DNA of 40,815 bases. Source: Candidatus Woesebacteria bacterium (GTDB lineage: Bacteria; Patescibacteriota; Saccharimonadia; Saccharimonadales; EFPC-124). The stretch's first letter is position 1. Every line of letters starts with the position of its first letter. Both the position numbers and the translations under genes were made by a program. The stretch covers positions 162,616 to 203,430 of the forward strand of contig JASFQB010000001.1 of the NCBI GenBank assembly GCA_050115675.1, read 5' to 3'. The notes under the pieces were generated by a model that saw only the letters and a program-made list of their open reading frames with translations, was not told the DNA's origin and searched no databases. Below are positions 34,054 to 40,815 of the stretch, piece by piece.

Positions 34054-35658
34054 TTAATTACAGACTTTGTATTTAAGACACCGATATTTAAGCAAAAAAG
34101 CCGTTGCGTCAAAAGTAGTCTCGCTGTTAGATGGAATGAGTCCCAGGTACTCTGGGGGGATTGGAGATTCACCAGTAATCTGAAAGGCAACCCAAGAAAC
34201 TAGCGCTGGCGATGATGGCACAATATATCTAAGGTGTCCATCTTCGGTTACGCCATCCCAGGATGCCAAAAATGATCCAGTATGTGCCGGTCGGTAAAAC
34301 GTACCTGACTTCATATATAGCATGCCATTGGTAATCTGCGATCTAATCGTTGTTGCAGCGGCAGCGTCTGCAAAAGCCTGCGAGTTCTTGTTGCCGTAGT
34401 TGTATCCAAGTTCTGTCTGGAGCGCTCCAAAAATCGAAGTGCGAATTCCACTCATTTCGTTGCAACTAAATGGCGTGCACTTTGGTACGCCGTAGCCCGT
34501 GCGGTTCCATTGACCCTGCAAATGGACAGCGATTTCTGCTGGAGTTGATCCTTGCAGCCACCAGCTGTTTTTGGGGTGCTCGTAATTTGGGTCTCGATAT
34601 TTTTGAAGCGTCGTAAGCGCCTGCCAAGCTTGCAAAAAGGTGTCTCTAGCGCCTATTTCTAGATATGTCTTCCTAAAAAGACAAACCTTGCTTTTGTATG
34701 CATATGCTAAACTTGTTGATTGTGGCAGATGGTCGCAGTCTTCGTAGGCTGCTTCATCAAAAGGCAGCTCGTCTGATAGTTCGTTCGACAGGTCAAACAG
34801 AGGTGCACGCATATCTAGTCCTGCAGTATAGCCATTGCTTTGCAAGAACCTTGCCAGAGTATCTGCTTTGCTCACATTACCTCGCTTAAGCCAGTACATG
34901 TATGCTGCTTGTGTAGCATGGCGCACAGTGTAGCGTAGCATACGCAGTTTGGTTGTATCTGCCTTTGATATGTTAATGGTTTCTTCTTTTGTATTGTTGT
35001 CAGAATACGTTGTCAATTTAAATTCGTCCAGCCATAGCTCCACGGGTTGTTTAACCTGTTTAGGTGTGAGCGATATTGAAAACTCATCAGATGTAGTGTT
35101 CCAGTCAATGGAAACATCTACCGAAAAAGCGTTTCGTTGCGATGATGAACTAAAAACGACAGCATAATCTTCTGTGTTTTTCCCAAAAGAGCCAGGATTG
35201 ATAGAGGATGTGGGTTTGCAGGGGGTTTCTAGGCACTCTTCGACTTCTTCGCCAAGAAGCACCCACTGGTTTGTGTCAGTAAAATGAGCCTTTAGTGGCA
35301 CTCCAGAGGCCTCGCTCTGTACGGCCATATTGTTACCAATCGGCTTGTAAAGCGAGTTGATGTACAGTTCTGCCGAAGCGATTGCGGTATTGAGCTCTTC
35401 AAGCGTTGGTGCTTTGGTCGTTGGTAGTCTACTGAAGTCCAATCCCCAGTCGCGGCTAACCGTCATCGCAATAGGAATTCCGCCAGTCGCAGTAATTGTC
35501 AGACATAGTGCAAACAGTGCGTAGCGCCAGCGGTACCATTTTGAGTATTTAGCATGGCGTCTTTTTGGCGCAAATGTGCGCATTGTTAAAAAGCGTGCCA
35601 GTGTGGCAATGTACCATCGTTTACGCGGTTTGGTAGCGGCCGCCATCAAAGCGGTCAT
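34054..35658 (-). CDS. Hypothetical membrane-anchored exported protein (534 aa)
   Basis: Very basic N-terminus (KPRKRWY..., KRRHAKYSKWYRWR), then one TM helix (YALFALCLTITATGGIPIAMTV) and a large extracytoplasmic portion of about 450 aa. No family recognised. Confidence 0.6.
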   Translation of the reverse strand: MTALMAAATKPRKRWYIATLARFLTMRTFAPKRRHAKYSKWYRWRYALFALCLTITATGGIPIAMTVSRDWGLDFSRLPTTKAPTLEELNTAIASAELYINSLYKPIGNNMAVQSEASGVPLKAHFTDTNQWVLLGEEVEECLETPCKPTSSINPGSFGKNTEDYAVVFSSSSQRNAFSVDVSIDWNTTSDEFSISLTPKQVKQPVELWLDEFKLTTYSDNNTKEETINISKADTTKLRMLRYTVRHATQAAYMYWLKRGNVSKADTLARFLQSNGYTAGLDMRAPLFDLSNELSDELPFDEAAYEDCDHLPQSTSLAYAYKSKVCLFRKTYLEIGARDTFLQAWQALTTLQKYRDPNYEHPKNSWWLQGSTPAEIAVHLQGQWNRTGYGVPKCTPFSCNEMSGIRTSIFGALQTELGYNYGNKNSQAFADAAAATTIRSQITNGMLYMKSGTFYRPAHTGSFLASWDGVTEDGHLRYIVPSSPALVSWVAFQITGESPIPPEYLGLIPSNSETTFDATAFLLKYRCLKYKVCN

Positions 35659-35779
35659 TTTTTACCCCTAACTCTAGCACAATCAGGTTCCCTTCGTGAA
35701 AGATGTTAAGGTATGCAAAACAAAACAATATTAAGCTGAAACGGAGTCAATGTCAACTGCTTTGCTGCTGTAAAAAAGT

Positions 35780-37162
35780 CTACGCTACTGGCAGATTGTG
35801 TTCTACGATCTTTTGTGAACCAGTTCCAAGGTCGTTGATTTTTGGAGTGTTGTTGTTGCCGTGACAGTCATTGCTGGTAATTATGTAATTGTCCGAGGCG
35901 CCTTCGTCAATATGAATCGCATATCCTTGTGTGTCACCCTGCTGGTATCCGCCGCCAATGCGACAATCTACAATCGAAAATTCGCTTATGCCACCACCAA
36001 CTTCTACGCCATGTCGTGCTGCAGAGGAGGTTTGAGAATTAGCAATGATGTCACAGGCCGAAATATGTACATCTTGGCCTCCAGCAAGCCTAAAACCGGC
36101 CAAGCCGTTATGAAATATTTTGCCGCCAACCCAGCGAACACCCTGAACGATGCCGCCGCCTGGTCGATCGATTAGCACACCATAGTTCGTAGCGGTTCCA
36201 GACCAACAGTTTGTAAAGGTGAAACCTACGGAGTTGCCTGTGTCGGTATTTGATATGTGTACGTTGTTGTCACTACAGGTGTCCATAATTAGGTTATTGA
36301 AAAAACCAAAACGAGACTCTCGGCCTGCTGCAGGATTTATGTAAAGTCCAGTATTAAAGCGTAGTAGGTCGACGTTGCTTACTACAAGTGTTTCTCCACC
36401 GTTCCAGTAGATACCACTGCCTGTATTGGATACATCGGGATTATCAAACACGCAATTGTTAACGTACCAGTCAAATCCACTCATCAAGTCGTGGTCAAGA
36501 TATAGGCCGTGCTCTTTAGTGTCGCGAACATCTGTAGAGTCAAGCCAAACTTCGGTTGTATTAGAAAATTGCAAAGAACGGTACTGTTTTTCTATTAATA
36601 AATTTTGTAACCAAATTTTAAAACATTTTGTTAAATAAATGCCGCGACCGGCTGTTTTTTGACCGTCGGCATTAATGCGCATATTTTGGATTGCACAATG
36701 AGCGCGTGTGGTTGAGCCGTTGCCAATTTTAAATACGTCAATATCTAGTGCGCCGCTTGCAACTCTAATTATTGTAGATGGTCCAACGCCCGTAATAATA
36801 GTTGCATCTTTGTCGATTGTTAAAGTTGAACTAACGACATACGTTCCGGCCGGAATTACTACCTTACCTCCACTAGTAGAAATGGCGTCAATAGCAGATT
36901 GCAGAGCAGAGGTGTCATCGGTTGATCCATCTCCTTTTGCTCCGTAAGATTTAGCATTTATTGTTGGAGTAAGTAAAGTTTGAACGCCAGAAGCTAAATC
37001 ACTTTGAGGTATACCACTGCTGGGCTTTTGATAATATGCGTCTAAAGTTCCGTCAGATCGTAACTTTAAAGCACCATCGCTTGAATGTTCTTGCGTTAAA
37101 AAGTCGTTTAAAATTGCTCCCCAGGTGCCTTGGTCCTGGCCTGATCTAGGCAGTCGTGCCAT
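35780..37162 (-). CDS. Right-handed parallel beta-helix protein (pectate-lyase-superfamily / tailspike-like glycanase), no signal peptide
   Basis: NAKSYGAKGDGSTDDTSALQSAIDAISTSGGKVVIPAGTYVVSSTLTI is the Pectate_lyase_3-type N-cap. Repeated PbH1-like turns follow (IQNMRINADG, VNNCVFDN, FNNLIMDTCSDNNVHISN, ISACDIIANS, IITSNDCHGN). The N-terminus is MARLPRSGQDQGTWGAILNDFL. Confidence 0.75.
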   Translation of the reverse strand: MARLPRSGQDQGTWGAILNDFLTQEHSSDGALKLRSDGTLDAYYQKPSSGIPQSDLASGVQTLLTPTINAKSYGAKGDGSTDDTSALQSAIDAISTSGGKVVIPAGTYVVSSTLTIDKDATIITGVGPSTIIRVASGALDIDVFKIGNGSTTRAHCAIQNMRINADGQKTAGRGIYLTKCFKIWLQNLLIEKQYRSLQFSNTTEVWLDSTDVRDTKEHGLYLDHDLMSGFDWYVNNCVFDNPDVSNTGSGIYWNGGETLVVSNVDLLRFNTGLYINPAAGRESRFGFFNNLIMDTCSDNNVHISNTDTGNSVGFTFTNCWSGTATNYGVLIDRPGGGIVQGVRWVGGKIFHNGLAGFRLAGGQDVHISACDIIANSQTSSAARHGVEVGGGISEFSIVDCRIGGGYQQGDTQGYAIHIDEGASDNYIITSNDCHGNNNTPKINDLGTGSQKIVEHNLPVA

Positions 37163-37372
37163 TGTTTTCCTCCGTGTTGCAAATCAATATACAGATAAAA
37201 TCGGATGATTTATTAGATTATCTATTCACTTAAGATATCCTAACAACAACTCCCGCAAATGACAATGCTTTTGCTTAAATTTTACATCATTTTAAATACG
37301 GCGACTCCTTACGTTTCTTGAAAAACGCAAGGTTTGCGAGAGGTCTCGCAGGGCAGTCGCCATGCCCTAAAA

Positions 37373-37624
37373 TTAGTCGTTTTGTGACAAGCTGCTGATT
37401 TTTTTGTCTATGCCAGCGCACTTTACTATAAACAAGAAAGCCGATGTAGGTAGCATTGTTACAATCAACAAAACGCCAATATAAACTCCCGCGCCAGTCA
37501 CTGCGTAAAACAAGCAAATTAATACAAGCCCAATCATAAATGCCACAAACGTAAAAAACGATGCTAGTAGATAATGGTATCTTTTTTGTTCAAGAAATTC
37601 CAGCTCATCGGATTTCTCGGACAT
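37373..37624 (-). CDS. Small membrane protein (83 aa, 2 TM)
   Basis: ATG at 37624 follows ttAGGAGcaatc. Two hydrophobic helices (YLLASFFTFVAFMIGLVLICLFY; GVYIGVLLIVTMLPTSAFLFIV). The longer 139-aa listed ORF lacks an SD. Confidence 0.5.
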   Translation of the reverse strand: MSEKSDELEFLEQKRYHYLLASFFTFVAFMIGLVLICLFYAVTGAGVYIGVLLIVTMLPTSAFLFIVKCAGIDKKISSLSQND

Positions 37625-37991
37625 GATTGCTCCTAAATGCTGGGTGCGCGAGGTCTGCATGGCTATTTTGACATTGTGCTTGCTATATGTCAAGAGATCG
37701 TGCGACCAGTAATATGCTAGCAGAGTCGAGTTTTGTCTAGTTATAAACTTGGTTAAGTGATCCGTTTTTTGCAAACATATTTTTGACGCCAAGTATTTTG
37801 TGCTTCAGTTTCATTTTGCTGCATAAAACAGCGGCGATATGTTGGCTTAGATCATAATTGGCTAGGCTGTTTTCTAAAAATAGTACTTTCTAGTTTTAAC
37901 GTCTCGCCAAGAGCTACAGCATTAATTTGCCTCCTTATTTAATCCGTTGTATAATATGCCTGTCCAATCTTGCTCACATTAAGGGGTAGCC

Positions 37992-38645
37992 ATGCACTTG
38001 CTCGTCAAACCATTTATGGAGACGCCAAGCTGGTCGATCTATGCTTTGTTTGCAGTGGCAGTAGTAGTGATCCTGGTCATTTCGTTTATAGTGCGCCGTT
38101 CTACAGTAAATGGTAGAGTGGTTTTTAAGAGTGGATACGAGGCCATTAACGAGACCGGAGAAGCTACAGATCCAAAGCTTGACCCTCGCAATTTGCAAAT
38201 CGGGTCGCGATTTCGCTATCAGCCAGGGGGTGATGTTTTTACGATTGTAGGCATCATTGTTCTTAATAACGGCAGCGTCTCGTGGGCTCACTACTTTGCT
38301 CAGCCTGATGGTAGGCAGGATCCAGAGATTAGGCGTTTTTCGTTTGGTAATAGCGCAATTGTTGCTTGGGAGTCACTGAGCTCTGGTCTTGTCTTCGATG
38401 ACTCCGGCGTTCAGTACGGCGGCAAGTCGTATAAGCGCCATGCGGCGGAGCGAGGTTCAGTCGAGTATGCCTTGCATGGCAAGACCTGGGATAGGGGGCA
38501 AGGCGAGAGCGGCTGGTTGACGTATCGTATGTATGTTGGTCCAGATTCTAAAGAATGGCTGATGTACGAGCGGCCAAGTGATTCAAGTGGCTGGCAGGTT
38601 TACTACGGATGTGAGGAGCCATCAACGCATTTTGAGCTTATCTGA
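37992..38645 (+). CDS. N-terminally anchored protein, possibly DUF4178-like
   Basis: TM helix WSIYALFAVAVVVILVISFIV. The pattern FTIVG....G.VSWAHY....WL.YR.Y.G....WLMYE.....W.VYYG recalls DUF4178. SD aaGGGGtagcc. Confidence 0.45.
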   Translation: MHLLVKPFMETPSWSIYALFAVAVVVILVISFIVRRSTVNGRVVFKSGYEAINETGEATDPKLDPRNLQIGSRFRYQPGGDVFTIVGIIVLNNGSVSWAHYFAQPDGRQDPEIRRFSFGNSAIVAWESLSSGLVFDDSGVQYGGKSYKRHAAERGSVEYALHGKTWDRGQGESGWLTYRMYVGPDSKEWLMYERPSDSSGWQVYYGCEEPSTHFELI

Positions 38646-38655
38646 TGCGACATGT

Positions 38656-38696
38656 GCATGTAGTTAGGGAAGTGCCTTAGCTACATGCATTTTTTT
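38656..38696 (+). terminator. Rho-independent terminator
   Basis: Stem gcatgtag (38656-38663) / ctacatgc (38681-38688) followed by T7 at 38690-38696. Confidence 0.7.
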
Positions 38697-38829
38697 ATTC
38701 TTCAAAAAAATTGAATAATTAATTTATTCATTAAAATAATGTAATAATCTATACAATATAGTAACAAAAACAACAAAAATGTTGTAAAGATCGATTTTAT
38801 TAAACTTTATATTGCGCTACAATAAGGTC

Positions 38830-39384
38830 ATGAAATGGAGCAAAGTCTTGAAACGTAAAACTCTTATTTTAATAATAGCGGCAAGCCTTTTAGCGTTTAA
38901 CGCAACGCCTTTGTGCGCAGAGGCGCAAACTACTCAATTGCAATCTACTCAGCAAGGTGTGTTGCAGACGCAAGATAAGGATAAAACATCAAAGGTGGGG
39001 AGCAGCGCTAACGTTGGAGAATCTTTGCAGCCAGCTTCTAGCGGAAAAAGCTATGCACAAGCAACACGTGGCTTAACTGTGGCTGGTGACACACAAGTGC
39101 AAACTCAAAGTCAAGGAACTTCACAATGGGTAACCTTGACGGCAGCAACCGTAGGCTTGGTGGCATTTGCAGCGATTGTGTATGTTGCTAAAACTAGACG
39201 TCGAAAGCATACAGGGGAGTACCGTTTGCCGTCAGAGCGCCCTGTAGAAGACGAAGAGATTGAAGAAGTATTTAGTCTAGAGGAGGAGTCTACGCCAAAG
39301 GCAAAAAAGACTAAAAAATCTTCAAAAAATACTGTTAGTAAATCAAAAAAAACAAAAAAATCTAAATCAAAAAAACGCAAATAG
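38830..39384 (+). CDS. Secreted/anchored protein with an acidic then poly-Lys cytoplasmic tail
   Basis: Signal peptide MKWSKVLKRKTLILIIAASLLAFNATPLCAEA, a Q/T/S-rich ectodomain and a TM helix WVTLTAATVGLVAFAAIVYV. The tail is EDEEIEEVFSLEEE followed by KAKKTKKSSKNTVSKSKKTKKSKSKKRK. Confidence 0.6.
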   Translation: MKWSKVLKRKTLILIIAASLLAFNATPLCAEAQTTQLQSTQQGVLQTQDKDKTSKVGSSANVGESLQPASSGKSYAQATRGLTVAGDTQVQTQSQGTSQWVTLTAATVGLVAFAAIVYVAKTRRRKHTGEYRLPSERPVEDEEIEEVFSLEEESTPKAKKTKKSSKNTVSKSKKTKKSKSKKRK

Positions 39385-39468
39385 CAGCATATAGATATCG
39401 ACAGCTTGTTTTTGTGTGTGATATTGTCGTTGTGTATATCGGCGTCATGTTTCTATTTAGGAGCGCTT

Positions 39469-39918
39469 ATGTGGTACCGTCCAGTAATTAATGAGCCGGG
39501 ATTGGCTCGTAAGATCAATGATCTGAGTTCGAGGATTTTTAGATGTCAGGTTTACGAAACTGTCGGTGAAATGCTTGATGTGACCTTTGTTTCTGACGTG
39601 GGTGTTGAATGCGTAAGTGTTTGGGCGCGACTTGTTGATCCGACAACTTATGGACGCAATGAATTTATCGACGCTAAGATAAGGTATGGTGGAGCTGCTC
39701 TCAGTAATAGGCGATCTACAAAAGGCGTATCGTTTGGCTTAGATGGCAACCATCTGCCTGCTGCAATAATTTTTGGACGAGCTTCGCTATTTAATTCTAT
39801 ACCCTTGAGTGCTTTGGTTGTGCGAGCTGACTCTTGGCAGAGTAAGTCATATTTTAAAAAACAGCTAACCATAATGATTGGCGCCATTAATTCAGCTATG
39901 CCAACTGCTCCAGAGTGA
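39469..39918 (+). CDS. Hypothetical protein
   Basis: ATG at 39469 lies 5 nt after AGGAG. The listed TTG start (39406) lacks an SD. No family recognised. Confidence 0.5.
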   Translation: MWYRPVINEPGLARKINDLSSRIFRCQVYETVGEMLDVTFVSDVGVECVSVWARLVDPTTYGRNEFIDAKIRYGGAALSNRRSTKGVSFGLDGNHLPAAIIFGRASLFNSIPLSALVVRADSWQSKSYFKKQLTIMIGAINSAMPTAPE

Positions 39919-39922
39919 TACA

Positions 39923-39945
39923 AAACCCCGGCATGTCCGGGGTTT
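39923..39945. terminator. Bidirectional terminator hairpin
   Basis: Stem aaaccccgg (39923-39931) / ccggggttt (39937-39945), between convergent genes. Confidence 0.65.
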
Positions 39946-39951
39946 ATTCGT

Positions 39952-40572
39952 TTAATCTATTATGTTGCATATTCCTTCAATAATGTCGGCAGTCACTTCG
40001 TCTCGCGTTTTAGATCCATCTATCTCAACTAGCAAGTTTTTTTGACGATAAAACTCTATAACGGGCATGGTTTGTTGCGCAAAGTTTACTAGGCGAGTTT
40101 TTATCACCTCTTGGTTGTCGTCATCGCGACCGCCGCGATCGTGCAACGTAGTTTGTGCTGTGTTAAAGCGCTTCCACACCTCTGGCTCTTGCAATGCTAA
40201 AAATATAACTGCTTTTATGGGATGATTGGAAGATTCGGTCGCTTTTAATATGGTAGTTTCTTCGCCCTGCATGCGGCCCACCGAGCTTAGAATTAGTGGC
40301 TTGCCGTCAAACTTTGGTTGGGATAAATAGGGAAGCACCATGTTAAAATACTCGTCGCTAGGAATAAGCCCGCCGCTATCTAAAATCTTTTCTATCTTTG
40401 CTGGCTCGTGGTGGCTGCGCAAAATGTCTCCACCGGCAATAAGTTCGCCGCCCAACATTTGGGCAATTTTGCGAGCTTGAGTGTCTTTGCCGGCAAAAGG
40501 GCAGCCAAAAATGTTTATAGACCCACTACCAAGCCATTGTTCTATTTTAATAATTTTATCAGTAACATCCAT
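39952..40572 (-). CDS. adk: Adenylate kinase (short type, atypical P-loop)
   Basis: P-loop GCPFAGKDTQ (compare GAPGAGKGTQ), IAGGDILR (compare ISTGDMLR), LILSSVGR (compare LLDGFPR), and GRDDDNQEVIKTRL...FY...IDGSKTRDEVTADI, which matches the Adk C-terminus. The start is ATG 40572 or 40587. The 40707 start adds an implausible hydrophobic extension. Confidence 0.75.
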   Translation of the reverse strand: MDVTDKIIKIEQWLGSGSINIFGCPFAGKDTQARKIAQMLGGELIAGGDILRSHHEPAKIEKILDSGGLIPSDEYFNMVLPYLSQPKFDGKPLILSSVGRMQGEETTILKATESSNHPIKAVIFLALQEPEVWKRFNTAQTTLHDRGGRDDDNQEVIKTRLVNFAQQTMPVIEFYRQKNLLVEIDGSKTRDEVTADIIEGICNIID

Positions 40573-40815
40573 AAGCAGATTGTACATTATATATCTGTTT
40601 TTTGCACTTGTTGTAAATTGCATTTGTACAATTAAGAAGGCCCAGTTCGCACGCAAAAACCACGCACAAACCAGGCCAAAACACTTCAACACAAAGCACA
40701 AAAACAAGCAAAATTAAACAGCCAGCGCAACACTGTTTAAGTATCACGCTGGCCAAACACATATCAAACAATTGTAAAATTAATAGTGGTAGACCTAAAC
40801 TAATGGTGACGTTAA

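Noticed and set aside
35861-36947. Plus-strand ORFs (104, 70 and 79 aa) inside the beta-helix gene
   Set aside because: They are antisense to a gene with clear family motifs, and they have no initiation signals.
34054-37162. Prophage or phage remnant, suggested by the tailspike-like beta-helix protein
   Set aside because: No capsid, portal, terminase, tape-measure, integrase or lysis genes lie nearby in the window. I kept it as a stand-alone depolymerase-like gene. A degraded prophage cannot be fully excluded.
37287-37517. 76-aa minus-strand ORF, and the structured segment 37303-37363
   Set aside because: The ORF overlaps the 83-aa membrane-protein gene out of frame. The nested stems (ggcgact/agtcgcc, tgcgag/ctcgca) lie just past that gene's stop and end in a T5 run on the minus strand, so a terminator is the simplest explanation. 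There are no tRNA-like features.
37919-37935. Two-codon mini-ORFs behind strong SDs: minus strand AAGGAGG-7nt-ATG CTG TAG at 37919-37935, and plus strand GGAGG-8nt-TTG GTC TGA at 16100-16121
   Set aside because: They are too short to evaluate and could arise by chance. The first lies inside the promoter region of the plus-strand gene at 37992. I noted them only as possible start-stop or reinitiation elements.
40573-40707. N-terminal extension of the adenylate kinase ORF, plus overlapping short ORFs at 40408-40771
   Set aside because: The extension is hydrophobic and Cys/Phe-rich, and is absent from Adk proteins. The P-loop lies about 20 aa after ATG 40572/40587, as expected.
1-40815. CRISPR arrays, tRNA, rRNA and tmRNA genes
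   Set aside because: I scanned the intergenic regions by eye and found no regularly spaced direct repeats, no T-loop GGTTCGAATCC-type signatures and no rRNA-like stretches. This is not a substitute for tRNAscan or Infernal.

Overview
This is a 40.8 kb, densely coded window with moderately low G+C. All family calls come from motifs read in the ORF translations. No database search was run.

The gene content suggests a small-genome, monoderm-type bacterium, possibly a CPR or Saccharibacteria-like epibiont (inference). It has many NUDIX paralogs, giant tail-anchored surface proteins, a compact type IV pilus operon and few biosynthetic genes.

Layout:
- **1-7993:** a Fic protein and an FBP zinc-finger protein, then a cluster of three NUDIX hydrolases with an APH-like kinase and a CYTH protein. 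Three monocistronic orphan genes and a 14-TMS-type MFS transporter follow.
- **8090-16002:** two giant surface proteins, one with 12 NHL repeats and one with GLUG repeats plus three FN3 domains. They bracket a HAD hydrolase, an IS110-family transposase remnant and a foreign-looking high-GC gene.
- **16130-22400:** a GtrA-like protein, a GC-elevated orphan, a frameshifted membrane-protein gene and an unlisted 36-aa zinc-ribbon ORF. Then come a DD-carboxypeptidase, a CPBP protease, a Gfo/Idh/MocA oxidoreductase and a fourth NUDIX.
- **22522-32226:** one same-strand block of CHASE/PAS histidine kinase, single-domain receiver, pilB, pilC and five prepilin-like genes. One of these is a pilin fused to a 7-bladed LVIVD-type beta-propeller.
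- **32284-40572:** a second high-GC orphan behind a consensus promoter and further orphans. Then a membrane-anchored 534-aa protein next to a signal-peptide-less tailspike-like beta-helix protein, small membrane proteins and an adenylate kinase.

I saw no rRNA, tRNA, CRISPR array, reverse transcriptase or intact mobile element.

The best candidates for something new:
- The sensor-coupled pilus operon with the pilin-propeller fusion.
- The neighbouring foreign or orphan genes, including the depolymerase-like protein.
- The high-GC gene captures driven by near-consensus AT-rich promoters.
- The A_AAA_AAC frameshift site.
- The recurrent leaderless-type TGCTATAAT promoters.
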